A stretch of DNA of 59,160 bases from Octopus bimaculoides (GCF_001194135.2 NC_068996.1:20744260-20803419); one strand, 5' to 3'. Counted from the stretch's first letter, positions 13,896-26,779 are shown. The notes: generated from the letters alone by a model not told the origin. Numbers and translations are program-made.

Positions 13896-14218
13896 ATTGC
13901 AGCAACAATTATAATAACAGAAACAACCACAATAAGCCAAACCTATGCACATTTCAATAGGGTATCCCGGAAAAATAAACCACATCATAAGATGTCTTGT
14001 AAAATATTGTAACAAATTACAACATATTACAAATTTCTGGATACTCCATCTCATCACTGATGAGATGGAGTATCCAGAAATTTGTAATATGTTGTAATTT
14101 GTTACAATATTTTACAAGACATCTTATGATGTGGTTTATTTTTCCGGGATACCCTATTGAAATGTGCATAGGTTTGGCTTATTGTGGTTGTTTCTGTTAT
14201 TATAATTGTTGCTGCAAT
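13896..14218. repeat. Perfect palindrome, 161-bp arms with a 1-nt spacer (C14057)
   Basis: 13896-14056 is the exact reverse complement of 14058-14218; the left end abuts an N-gap. Confidence 0.95.
14052..14094 (+). ncRNA. Hammerhead-ribozyme-like motif (non-canonical, 2 extra nt at stem II)
   Basis: CATCA-CTGATGA-GA-TGGA gta TCCA-GAAA-TT tgt AAT-A-TGTTG; stem I pairs 4/5; mirrored on the minus strand. Confidence 0.4.
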
Positions 14219-14855
14219 AAAGTATCTTCAATGCATTGATTTTGAGCTCTATCCTTTAAGAGACATGTATATATATATATGTATATGTATATATGGAAAG
14301 AGAGAGAAAGTCATGGTTAAAAAGTTCACTGGACAGTCATGAGATCCCATGCTCAGTTCCACTTCATAGTTTCTTCAGCAAGTTTCATTGCCATTACCAT
14401 ATATCCATCTAAGAATTGCAAGTGGATTTAGCCACATACTGTTTAGAACCTTGCCATATCAACTGCATCATGCTGATCCTTGAGAATTACATTAAGGACA
14501 CACATGTAGGTAGAATACTCAGAGTGCTTAATAAATCAGTCATATGTTTGGTCAAGAGACTGGATACTCATGTTTGAAAGTCTCTTGGAGAATACATCAT
14601 ATATAGTAGAGTAGGCTTAGTTGTTAGGGTAGTCGTAAGATTGTGGTTTTGATTCTTGGACTGGGTGATGCATTATGTTCTTCAGCAAGACAGTTCACCT
14701 CACATTGCTCAACATCACTCAGCTGGCAAAATCATTGTTCCTGTGAAAGACAAGTGTCCTGTCCAGTGGAAATATATGTACCACAGAAAACAAGAAACTG
14801 TCCCTTTGAATCTATGTGACTCAGGAAGGAACTTTACTTTATATATATATATATA

Positions 14856-15139
14856 GCATGGCTCAGTGGTTAGAGTGTCGAGTTTACGATTGTGAGGTTG
14901 TGAGTTCGAATCCTGGACTGGGCTGCATGTTGTGTTCTTGAGCAAGACACTTTATTTCACATTGCTCCAGTTCACTCAGCTGTAGAAATGAGTTGTGATG
15001 TCACTGGTGCTAAGCTGTATCAGCCTTTGCCTTTCCCTTGGATAACACTGGTGGCATAAACAACCTTGCCCGGACTTGCGCCTGGGAGGGTAACTTTCTA
15101 GGTGCAATCCCATGGTCAGTCATGACCGAAGGAGGCCTC
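14856..15139 (+). mobile_element. tRNA-derived SINE (OK-like), near full length; an older copy lies at ~14590-14770
   Basis: A box TGGCTCAGTGG and B box GAGTTCGAATCC, followed by a cttgagcaagacac CORE-like segment. Confidence 0.85.
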
Positions 15140-15351
15140 AGCATATTTATATNNNNNNNNNNNNNNNNNNNNNNNNNNNNNNNNNNNNNNNNNNNNNNNN
15201 NNNNNNNNNNNNNNNNNNNNNNNNNNNNNNNNNNNNNNNNNNNNNNNNNNNNNNNNNNNNNNNNNNNNNNNNNNNNNNNNNNNNNNNNNNNNNNNNNNNN
15301 NNNNNNNNNNNNNNNNNNNNNNNNNNNNNNNNNNNATAATACATTCAATAG

Positions 15352-15504
15352 ACATGGCTATATGGTTACGAAATTTGCTTCCCAACCACATGGTTTTAGA
15401 TCAGTCCCACTGCATGATACCTTGGATAAGGTGTCTTCTTACTGCGGACAACTAGAGTTCTTTGAGTGAATTTGGTAGATGGAAACTGAAAGAAGCCTGT
15501 TGCA

Positions 15505-15530
<26 letters not shown>
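15352..15530 (+). mobile_element. OR-type SINE 5' half
   Basis: catggctatatggttacg...ccaaccacatggttttagatcagtcccactg...ggtagatggaaactgaaagaagcc. Confidence 0.8.
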
Positions 15531-15536
<6 letters not shown>

Positions 15537-16245
15537 CTTTTCATCTAATGTCTGTTTTCCATGCTGGCATGGGTTCCATGGTTCAACAGGAGCTGGTAAG
15601 GCCAAGGCCTGCACTAGGCTCCACTGTTCTGGCAAGGTTTACATCTGGACACTCTTCCTAATGCCAACTGATTTACATAGTGTTCTTGGTGCTTTTACAC
15701 AGCACTGGCACAGGTGCTTTTATATGGCACCAGTATGGGTGCTTTTTACAGTCCACAAGCACAAGCCTGTAAGATTAGAAGTGCTCAGCTGAAGAGGGAT
15801 GTAGGGGGCATGCCTAGATACAAGGATAACCACAATTTTTACTTAGCTTGACTGTCTTCTGAAGCACAGCAAACTGCCAGGAGTCTTGATTCCCTGTCAT
15901 CCCCTTTATGAGGCTCACTGTCTAAAGATCCTTTCTCACTACTTCATCCCATGTCTTTTTGGGGCTACCCTTTCCACATGTTCCCTCCATAATTAGAGAT
16001 CAGCATGTCTTGATGTAACTGTCTTCATTCATATGCATTACATGACCATACCAGCACAATCTTCTCTGTTGCACGCTGCATTTGATGCCCTGTGTACCCA
16101 GTTTTTCTCTCAAATCACTTACACTCTGTCATACATGCACAGTGAAATTACCCATCCAATGGAACGTACTACCTTCATTTCTTTCAAGCCTTAGCATATC
16201 CTCAGTAGTCACAGCTATGTAGCATATCTGTTCATACACAGGCAT

Positions 16246-19046
16246 CAGAGTGCGTCAGTTTTGGAACATTCATAATCTTTAATTTCGGTAGTAATTTATT
16301 GTTGCCTTTTAGCATATAAAACAAAATTCTGGAAAGAAAAACAATTTTAAATAACTCATAACAACATCAATATGAGTTTGAAATTTATGTTTTGAGAATT
16401 TTGAACATAACTAGTTTTCACCAGTTTCTTTCTGTTTCAAGTTTCATGTATACTTTAATACATTCCATTATACTATTTGAAAGTAGTCAAAGTCTTCACA
16501 TCCTTCTTGCTGTTGTTTCTTTTGATAAGTTGCTGGCTGACTGCTTGTGCTTTGATGTAACCCTCTTACTTCTCATGACTGTAAACATGACTTGCAGCTT
16601 CAGTGACCATTTTAATACACCTCTTACTGCTTTGAGTGTGTGATGGCCATTTTGGTACTATCATTAGTGTGTCTTTAAAGCTTTTGAGATTCTTACTATT
16701 TAAAGATGTTGTCAATGGTGGTTACAAGGCTTCAGAACTCAAATCAGCCAACTTAGACAGCTTGGTGGCATTGACGTTTAACCAGGCAACTTTTCTTTGA
16801 CTAAATGAACAGTATCCCAACTGGTCATCTTCAAATGGAGTACTTCTAATTCTTAGAATGGTGTCTATAGCCTCAGTACAAAGATTTGAACATATGGATG
16901 AAAAGCATTGCTTGCAACACTGCTGCTGATCGAGCATATCGTGCAGACCTCCTCACCACAGGTAGCACAATATCCTTCACCAACTTATTTTGTGTTCTTA
17001 CAAGCTGCAATTGAAACAAAAGATGATTGGCACCATCAACCCATTTCAGATTGAGCTTAATATTAAACCAGTTGAGAAGATTGGCAGCAACTATAAATTC
17101 AACAATTAATCTCAAATTCTTCAGAGCCCTTCCCTTCAATTGGTGTCTGGAAATTGAAAGCCTGCTGAAGCACAGAACTGTAGTTAAACAATGGCTGTGA
17201 CTAACAGGCTTAATCTCCAAGAGAGCCAATAACTGAGGTACTTCATCTGATCTTATTGCTTGAGCAATATGATAAGCATAGGACTAATCTGCACTAAGGT
17301 CTTGGACAATTTCTTCTGGCAACACTGGAATGGGAGGGCTTACTTCAATCTTTGGAAAGTTTGCATATATTTCTAGTTGTGTTGCTTCATCCAACATGTT
17401 ACCAAGAGGACCTAACCACTTATTATTGCTTTTTGTAGATCATCACTTACCTGGATGAGGTGACAAAGAGGTAGCTCACTATGCAAATTACATACAATCC
17501 AAATAAGTCTTCTTTCAAGTTTTTTTCTCTAAATAACTCATTGCACCTCCCTTCCAGCCATTATTCACTGCTGTTGAATTCCCACCAATAGCCTGCACTG
17601 AAATTTCAAGCCCTCTCTCTTGAAGCTAGTATAAAATATTATCAGCAATTACCTACCTCTGCATGTTTTTTCCCTTCCACTTCAACTTCAGCTGTGAAAT
17701 GAAACAAAAACTGACCACCAGGTTCAGAGTAAACAGTGTAGTGCTCTTTGATTAGACCTGGAAATTTTCTGGAAATTCCATCTACTTCAACCATAACTTT
17801 GGTTTCATTCATTCTTCTATCAAACAAAAGACAGGAGAGCCCTCCTTTTAATTATTTTTCTTGCTGATCAGATATCTCACTCATTACTTTTTCTTTCAAT
17901 CTTCTAAGTTTTTTTATGATCTATAACCAAGGATGAATCCTCTTGACTGATGTGGCCTGCATCTATCCAAGTGGCAGATGCAATTCCAGCAGCCTCACGG
18001 AGTCCAGTATAGTCATGAATATTAGCTAATGCAATGTTTGAAATGTCTCCTATATTGTATATTCCTTTCTTTGGTATGGCTTCTGAATATTCTTTAGAAT
18101 TTTCATCTGACATTACTTCATTTTCTTCAGAAGAACTATCAAACAACTGATAAACATCATGGCAGTGCTCTTCTTTTTGCATGACTTCACTCTACGTTCT
18201 CTTCTTTTCTTCCTTCTCTCTCTGACAAGGCCTTTCCTTTTTCTCAGTAGAAATCTCTCTCTTACTCTCTTAATAATCAGTTGAGCCCATTTGCATTCTA
18301 CCTTGGTTTCCTGTCTTTGTCCTCTGTGAGCTTATGAAATCTAGCTCTAGGAAAGGTATCTTCTTTTTATGAGGGCAACAGCAGTCAATGTGGGAATGAT
18401 TTCCTCTCTTATCAGTTAGAGAACAATCCTCTTTTGAACACAAAACTATGGAACACTTGCAGCTCAAAATATTGGACAGTGTATCAAGTGAGTGTAGAAA
18501 AGCATATTTCATTGCCAAGTTTCCTTTACCAAGTGATGTGTGTACTGCTTTCCGCCACAATCCCAATAGTTTTAGTTCAATTGTTTGACACTGTATGATC
18601 ACTAGTGGTTTGAATTGTGCATTAGCTTTTATCCACTGGTGCAAAAGATGGGGTATTATATCATGTATGAGCTCCTTATATTCTTGGAATTTCGTTCTTG
18701 AAATAGTAACCCAAGTCTTAAAATGTCTCACTGTTGGAAGCTCTGATACAGAAAGCTCTATCTCTGTACCAATTAAAAGGTTCAAGTGGGATGAAACAGT
18801 AAAAATTCATTTAATCAATTAAAAGATAATATAAGAGTGATATTTTGAGTCTAATCAGTTTTTCATATAAATTTTCAGTTATTGTTTCAAAACAACACCA
18901 TATTGAAAATTTAGGATAAAATTGATGTAGGTTAGAGTTATTTTGACCCATTTTGGTATATATATCACAAGTCTGGGAATAAAAAGGCACAATAATTTCA
19001 CTACCAAATTAGATTTTTAGTAAGTTGTTAAAATTGATACACCCTA
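16246..19046 (-). mobile_element. hAT-like (hATm/hATx-type) DNA transposon, ~2.8 kb, decayed autonomous-size copy
   Basis: Degenerate TIRs CAGAGTGCGTCAGTTTT / TAGGGTGTATCAATTTT (rc); 8-bp TSD ACAGGCAT/AGATGCAT (6/8 match); transposase relic inside. Confidence 0.8.
16480..18790 (-). pseudogene. Transposase pseudogene (DDE with CxxH insertion-domain motif)
   Basis: Collinear ORF pieces with LFDRR, GGNSTAVNNG, WIVCNLHSELPL and WPSHTQSSKRCIKMVTEA; several stops and frameshifts; two putative catalytic residues appear mutated (D>N, E>K). Confidence 0.8.
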
Positions 19047-19684
19047 AGATGCATCATACAGTCTGCCTTTTACTCTCTGAACTTTGCCCAGTCTATTCTT
19101 ATTCCAGCAGCTATGCTTTCAGAACAATCACAGGAGCCAGTCTGGGGGTATTGGCATTGGCCATGTTCAGTTGGTGCTTTTTACGTGCCACCGGCATGGG
19201 AACCAGTCAGGTGGACCTGGCATCAACCACATTCGGATGGTGCTTTTTACGTGCCAGCTAGGGGGCACTGGCTACAGCTACGATATTGGTTTTACTTGAC
19301 TCAACAAGTCTTCTGAAGCATATCATATTGTCTGACGCATCAGGGGTATTCTTAACAGGACCAGACATGCATGACTGCAATCTCACTTTAGTTGCTGGAT
19401 CTTCTCAATCACAGCATATCTCCAAAGGTCCCGGTCTCCTGTCATTGCCTCTGTCAACATACAGTTCGGGGTACTGTATCAACGTAGTGCTCTATTGAAC
19501 TGATAGATGCTCTTCAAATTAGTTTGTTCTATTTAGCACCAGGTACCAAGAGAGGCAACATATATCTTTTTATATATGTGTGTATGTTTGTGTGTTTATT
19601 TCCTTGTCTTGATATCATATAATGGTTGTAAAAAAGCATTACCATTATACAAGTGGTGGTGTTCACATATATGTGTGTGTATGT

Positions 19685-19910
19685 ATATATTTAGGTGTGT
19701 GGCTGTGTTTGTCCCCCTGCCATCGCTTGACTACTGATGCTGGTGTGTTTATGTCCCCATAACTTTGCAGTTCAGCAAATGTGACTGATCGAATAAGTAT
19801 TAGGCTTACAAAGAACAAGTCCTAGGATCGATTTCTTTGACTAAAACCCTTTATAATGGTGCTCCAGCATGGCTGCAGTCAAATGACTGAAACAAGTAAA
19901 AGAATATACA
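19685..19910 (+). mobile_element. OR-type SINE 3' half
   Basis: gtgtttgtcccc...ggtgctccagcatggctgcagtcaaatgactgaaacaagtaaaaga 3' end. Confidence 0.8.
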
Positions 19911-19914
19911 CATA

Positions 19915-20157
19915 TATCTTTTATCTTTTATGTTTTACTTGTTTCAGTCATTAGACTGCGGCCATACTGGGGCACCGCCTTGAAGAATTTTTAGTCAAAT
20001 GAATCAACCCCCCACCCCAGTACTTATTTTTTAAAGCTTGGTACTTATTGTATCAGTTCCTTTTGTAGAGCCACTAAGTTACAGGGACATAAACACGCCA
20101 ACACTGGTTGTCATATGGTGGTGGGGAACAAACACAAACTCAGAGAGACACACACAC

Positions 20158-20194
<37 letters not shown>

Positions 20195-20340
20195 GCTTCT
20201 TTCAGTTTCCACCTAACAAATCCACTCACAAGAGTTTGGTCAGCCCAAAGCTATAGTAGAAGACACTTGTCCAAGGTGTCACACAGTTGGACTGAACCCA
20301 GAACCATGTGGTTGGGGAACAAGTTTTTTACCACATAGCC
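19915..20340 (-). mobile_element. OR-type SINE, near full length
   Basis: Reverse complement of the SINE head, (TA)n middle and 3' end. Confidence 0.8.
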
Positions 20341-23165
20341 ACATCTTGATCTATAATTAATTTATATATACACACACGTGCACACAATGGGTTTCCCTTT
20401 GCAAAATTCTGCTCAAAGGCATTAACTCTAGGTTATAGTGGAAGACACTTGTCCATGGTGCTACACAGTAGGATCAAATCCTAAACCAATGTTGTTGTAA
20501 AGAATGCTTCTTAACCACACCACTTTGACTGTACCTTCAGTTAAATATTGTTACATTGACTGTTGTATAAGTTTCTTAAAAGGGTTTTTTTTCTTTTTTA
20601 TAACAAAGATATATGTAATTATAGTGGTGATTAATAATTACATAATATAGATGAACTGGAATTGGATGGAAGCATGTTTGAGTTATATACATTTTCAAGC
20701 TTACATATAAAAATATTTACTATAAACATCATGTGCTAACAAAACAAAATGATTGTTTTCAAGAAACTCAGTATTGATTGTTCAAAGTTAATATTAACTT
20801 AACATGGTGGAAGGAAAGTTTGAGCTGTTTGTAGACAAGGGGGATAATTAGGGACATCTTTTATTTAAACTTCATCAACACAGTATACTCAAGCCTTCAT
20901 AAGTAAACAATTTTTTACAAATAGAAAAGGTTATAAATAATTTTATTGGCCAAAAAGTTATTTGTAACTCTGTTTCTCAGAGTAAAAACATTTTTGCTTA
21001 CTGATCAAAGAGTCTTTGTTACACTAAGTAGACTGAAATATGTTCGTAGTTGTCCTTGTCAACAGACAAATCAAACTTACTTATCACTAACCATATGAAT
21101 TTTTTCTGCTAAGACACAAGGCCTGAAATTTTGTTGGGGAGAAGACAGGTCAATTACATTGACCCAAGTACTCAACTTGTATTTATTTATTTGCCCCAAA
21201 ATAATGAAAGGCAAAATCGATCTTGATGACATTTGAACAAACAAAATGTCATTAAGCACTTTGTGTAGCATATTAACTATTTTGCAAGTTTGCTGCCCTT
21301 ACTAATGATATAAATTAACTTGGAGAGATTAATTCTTAATTTCTTACAGTTATCTCCCCTTTTTCTGATTGTTACCAACAACCGCCACTAGTTGTTTCTT
21401 TTTTTTTTCCCAATGTAAAGAGAAATTTCCTTTTGTATAGAAGTTTTTGCATTTAGTGTATCACCTCTTTAACATCTTTACTCAAATTCCTGCCATGAGT
21501 CCATTTGAGCTATTTCCCTTAACTCTTTTTCTTTTTTCATTATAAATATTTTCAAACTTTTGTTCTTGTCAGATTTCATGCAATCAATCTCATACAGAGT
21601 TTGCTGAGACAGCATAGAACAACTAATAAACTATAGAATACAGCTGTTTGTATGAATGTGACAGTCAGTGGTTATAATTATGTAAGCTACAGTATGTACA
21701 GATGGAGAACTAATTAGTTGAGTAAGCAGTGCTTGTATTTATTTATAACGAGACATGCTGGTGTCAATGTTTGCTTTCTTGCTTTTTTTTTAACTCTGAA
21801 AAGTCATCAAATAAAGGTTTGTGTTTGTTATGTTTGTTAAACGCATAATTAAAAATACATTAAATTATTCTTCTTGTTATAGGTGTTGAGGTGGTGTTAG
21901 TTACACTCACTACATACATTGTGATACTTAATTTCTGGTTATAAAGTCATGGTATTTCTTTGATTCAGTTATGGCATCAATTTTAAAGATAGCTGCCACA
22001 GAGTAACTTTACACTCTGTGTTTTTCAATGTCAGTACATTAAGTGATATATCTTAGACTCTGGCACTCCCAAATCAAATACCTTAATCTTCATCATCTCA
22101 TTCTCTGTTTGTTGTCTTTGAGAAATCATGTTATTAATTTAGCCACAAATTCCTCTTTTCTTCTCTTGTTTCCTTCTGGAAATATTATAAAATTCCTGTT
22201 TTGTAGTGAAGATATAAAACTTCTATAAGGTAGAGATGATGAGATAAAACCCATAAAGAATATTCAGTTCTAACAATTGAAGGATTATAACATTGGCTCA
22301 CTTTAATATTATTCAGATTTTGTACAACTAGAAAACACACATATACATCACATACATGCATGCACAAATAATTACATGTGCACACACATGCATGCACACA
22401 CGCATGCACATACATACACACACATGTACACACACACACTCTCTCTCATATTATTTACATATAAGACTACTTGGAATTAACTAATTCAGTAATATGAATT
22501 TTACAATAAGTGTAACCAGATTTACATAATACACTGTATAGCATATGAATTTATACCAAAATATTTCTTTAATCCTAATGTGACCATTTGTGGGTAAATC
22601 AGAATGTCACAATCGAAGGACCTTGGACAATCTTATCAATTCATCAAAGATTTATGATTCTTTGCTGTCATTTTTAGCATTGATTATGCAGTACTGAATT
22701 TCTGCATGCTGCCTAAGAAGACATCCTCACTGTTGTGACATTTTTGTGATTGCTTTTATGAATTTGTTATATTTTTAATGTCTCTAAACTTGCATGTCCA
22801 TATCCAAGTCCTCACTCAAGAACATTGCACCAAAATAGAACAATTTAGGAACAACTATCTTGTACAAGACTGCACAGCAAAACCATCATTCTGTAAGCTA
22901 CATCTAACCATATTTATACATGGAAGGGGCCAACACCTACAGGAGCTGCTTCAATACCTGATGAGAATGAACTTCCACATTTAGAGACAGAATACAGCAA
23001 CACCATCAAGTCACAACAACTTACCTAAAAAATGAAAGAGCATTTTTCTTCAAAAACCTAAATACCAATGGAATACATTATACATGAAATCAAATGTTAT
23101 CATTTTTCCTGTTCAGAGCATTACCATGTTCAAGATAGCATGAACAGAAAAGTTAATTAGTTACA

Positions 23166-23485
23166 AGTGAGTATTGTAGTTCGCTTGAAGCATTGTGTAT
23201 TGTTTGTAAAGAATAAAAAATTTAGAATGGTATAACAATGCACTATAGGACAAAAAATGGACTATATACCTGTTGTAATTTGGTTATCTATAGTCCGATG
23301 ATATTTCGGAATTACAATTCCTTCTTCAGATCTTCTTTGCTGGAGTCTCTGCTATAGCAAATAAGATCTGAAGAAGGAATTGTAATTCCGAAATATCATC
23401 GGACTATAGATAACCAAGTTACAACAGGTATATAGTCCATTTTTTGTCCTATAGTGCATTGTTATACCATTCAAAACTTTTTATT
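23166..23485. mobile_element. Fold-back insertion (130-bp arms, 14-nt loop) with 13-bp TSD; probable Penelope-like terminal-repeat derivative
   Basis: Arms 23212-23341 and 23356-23485 with ~4 mismatches; TTAATTAGTTACA at 23153-23165 and 23484-23496. Confidence 0.8.
23364..23400 (+). ncRNA. Minimal type I hammerhead-ribozyme-like motif (mirror copy at 23297-23333, minus strand)
   Basis: GAT-CTGAAGA-A-GGAAT tgta ATTCC-GAA-ATAT-C-ATC: 3-bp stem I, 5-bp stem II, palindromic loopless stem III, AUC cleavage triplet. Confidence 0.55.
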
Positions 23486-24647
23486 AATTAGTTACATCCA
23501 CTGTCCAAGTCAACTGATGTGATAATTATTAAATATTTGGTACACATGGTAGACATACTTTCTGTAGAATTAGGGTTACTCACCTTCAATATGAAAGGCC
23601 AGAATAAAACAGGTGTCAATATTGAAAGTTAAACTTTAATTAGTCCATATAATAATTAAATTAATAAATAATCAATAAAGGTAATATATTAACATTATCA
23701 TTTTCAGAATGGAGATATAGCAAAATAAATGATTTTATTCCTGAAATTATTCTTATAGCATACTGTCATTACATATGTTTATATTGAGAGAGCAAATATC
23801 ATGTGTTTAAATGGTAGTTTAATGCAAGTGTTTACATTTTACATTATTGTCTTTTATATCCTTCCATATTAATTAGTTTTTCACTTCGGGATTCTACAAC
23901 CTATACTGGCAAAGTTCAAATGTCACTTTCAAATTTTGAGGTTGTGAACTTTTACAATGCAATTATAATACATTTGACTAAACATTTCTCTTTCTATATA
24001 TCATAGTACTAAAGAGAGAAAATAATGCATATTATACACAAAAGGTTTCATAGCCCATAATTATTAGTGTACATTATACAGAAGTATGATACATACAAAT
24101 AAATATGGTATTTGATTCATATTTTTCTGTTACTATAATTTACAGAATGTATGGTGTATGGTAATGAAACACGGATAGTAAATGTCAAGGACTGTATGGT
24201 GTATTTATAAATGAATATAAAAGACCAATACCAAATAGCTAACAAGCACCAACCCACAGATGAAAACAAATCAAGAGCATGTCCATTAAGTAGTAATGTC
24301 AAAGACAGTGGAACTACTAGAGGAATGCATTGCACAGAACATTCAAAGCTAGGTATATGCAGCATATACTTTTTCCAAATGTATAGAAATATGGAATGTC
24401 TGTTTTGGAACCTAAAAGAGAAATTATATTAGTGCAGATGTAGTTATCTGGTTAAGATTTGATCTCAACACTTCAAAGTATTAAAGTACTCAGTTGTTAT
24501 CTAGTATCTATGGTTAGGTATGTTAGCTGTCTTTAATTATGGTATCTGTTTAACACTAGATAAACTCATAAGTGCAGGAAAGAAATTAGCTTAATGGGTG
24601 CAAACACAGGTTCAAATTTTTTTATAAAGAGAGAGTGGCTTATCACG

Positions 24648-25030
24648 TGCAGGAATGGCTATGTGGTAAGTAGCTTGCTTGGTAACCATATGGTTCTGGG
24701 TTCAGTTCCACTGTGTGGCACCTTGACAAAGTGTCTTCTGCTATAGCCTTGGGCTGACCAAAGCCTTGTGAGTGGATTTGGTTGACAGAAACTTAAAGAA
24801 GCCTGTTGTGTATGTATGTATGTATATATATATTTATATATATGTGTGTGTGTATGTTTGTGTGTCTGCGTTTATCCCCACCCCATCGCCTGACAACCAA
24901 TGCTGGTGTGTTTATGTCCCCATAACTTAGTTCAACAAAAGAGACTGATTAGAATTAGTACTAGGCTTACAAAGAATATGTCCTAGGTGCTCTAGCATGG
25001 CCACAGTCAAATAACTAAAACAAATAAAAG
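24648..25030 (+). mobile_element. OR-type SINE, near full length
   Basis: tRNA-like head ctgggttcagttcc, ccttgacaaagtgtcttc core, (TA/TG)n middle, catggccacagtcaaataactaaaac end. Confidence 0.85.
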
Positions 25031-25074
25031 AGTAAGGTCAATTTTTTTCAAACTTAACATATAAACAAATACAG

Positions 25075-25193
25075 GTATAATAATAATCCTTTCTACTATA
25101 GGCACAAGGCCTGGATTTTTGTGGGGAGGGGGACAATCGATCACATCAACCCCAGTACTCAACTGGTACTTCATTCATCAGTCCCGAATAAAA

Positions 25194-25224
<31 letters not shown>

Positions 25225-25350
25225 TCCTTTTCACTAAAGGCACAAAACCTGAAATTTTTTGTTGAGTACCAGTATTTCACTGGTATTCAAATTATCAATC
25301 CCAAAAGGATGAAAGGCAAAGTCGACTTCAGCAGAATTTGAACTCAGATT
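25075..25350 (-). mobile_element. Two fragments of a (TTA)n-tailed SINE family (also ~21075-21250, ~26410-26520, ~29320-29400, ~38650-38740)
   Basis: aatcctttctactataggcacaaggcctg...aggatgaaaggcaaagtcgacttcagcagaatttgaactcaga, with a B box on the minus strand. Confidence 0.7.
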
Positions 25351-26157
25351 ATTATTATTATTATCACTATCATCATCATCATCATCATCATCATCATTAT
25401 TATTATTATTATTATGGAAATGTTTCTATACTTGTTTGTTTTGGTGATAAAGTTTTTCAGGAGTATGTTCAAAACATTTTCACTGTCCCCACAAATATTT
25501 AGAGGGTGCACCTGCACCCACTGTTACTGAACCTTTGGACAAGCTGATTCCTCATCTGTTAATTGCCATGGTCTTGCTCACATAAAAAGATATGATTCAT
25601 CACCAAAGAAAGAAAAGAAACATGAGAACCTTTGTTTCATGCCATTCCCAATGAAGAAGAACCTTTGAAAAGGCAGAAATCCTTTTGTTCTCTGCTTTGA
25701 AGGATACGATCTTCCTTTATTCATTACTGTTTCGGGATTCCAAAGCATTTATAATAAATTTTTTCATATTGAATATTTTAGTATCCTGTAACAAGTTATA
25801 ACCATGGTTGCTTTTTAGGTCAAGGAGATTAACTGAGAAATAACTACTGAATGAAATTTTATCTGAAAATAAAAATAAAATAAAATAAAAGCCGTATGGA
25901 AGGTCAAATAGAAGCTAAATTAATGTTGTGGAATTATTTAGATGATAATTTTGAACCTTTGAAATTAAGAGGAAAGAATTTTGACATTTTTCTGAAACAT
26001 AAACAAAAGAAATTTCTTATATATTTAATTAATCAAAGGAAGAGAAACAGAGCTCATAACTTAGGCTTTCCTAGAATTCCTGTTTCAATTTTAATTTCTG
26101 CAGATCGAGATGAGTTGAGAAAATATAAACATAGTTCTAAAGATATGTAACATAGGT

Positions 26158-26410
26158 ACTGGCGTGGCTGTGTTGCAAGAAGCTTGCTTCCAAACCACAT
26201 GGTCCTGGGTTCAGTCCCACTGTATGACACCTTCAGCAAGTGTTTTCTACTATAACTTCAGACTGACCAAAACCTAGTGAATGGATTTGGTAGATAGAAA
26301 CTGAAAGAAGCCTGTCATATATATATATATATCTATGTGCATGTGTCTTTGTGTCTGTGTTTGTTCCCAACCACTGCTTGACAACTGGCGTTGGTGTGTT
26401 TACATCCCCT
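26158..26410 (+). mobile_element. OR-type SINE, 3' truncated
   Basis: ggcgtggctgtgttgcaagaagcttgcttccaaaccacatggtcctgggttcagtccc head. Confidence 0.8.
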
Positions 26411-26779
26411 TACATTATTTTATAGGCCATGGAAGGATAAAAGACAAAATTAGCATGAATGGGATTTGAACTTAGAATATAATGGGCTGTTTCTGAATAC
26501 TGTATGAATTTTATCAGATGTTTTGCCAATCCACTGCTTTAGATGATGACAAATCCACAAACATATTACCTACACTGTTAGAGAAATCAAATTCTTTATT
26601 TCCACTCAACAAAGTTTGTTTTATTGGAAAATATGTGACTTCTTTCTCAATGGCTTTAGATTTCCTTCTTTCTTGTCATCATCATGTTAATAGGACCCAC
26701 ATGGAATGAGAGTCCTTTCCTGTTGCTTTAAATGTTTGTATGATAAAATATTATGCACGTAGGATAGTGTTCTGTGTGT

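Larger units (their letters stand above)
15535..19450 (-). mobile_element. Decayed RTE LINE fragment split by the hAT-like insertion (parts 15535-16245 and 19047-19450)
   Basis: ...tgttcatacacaggcat | agatgcatcatacagtctgcctttt rejoins to match tgttcgtacacatgcgtcatacagtctacctttt at ~47545. Confidence 0.8.
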
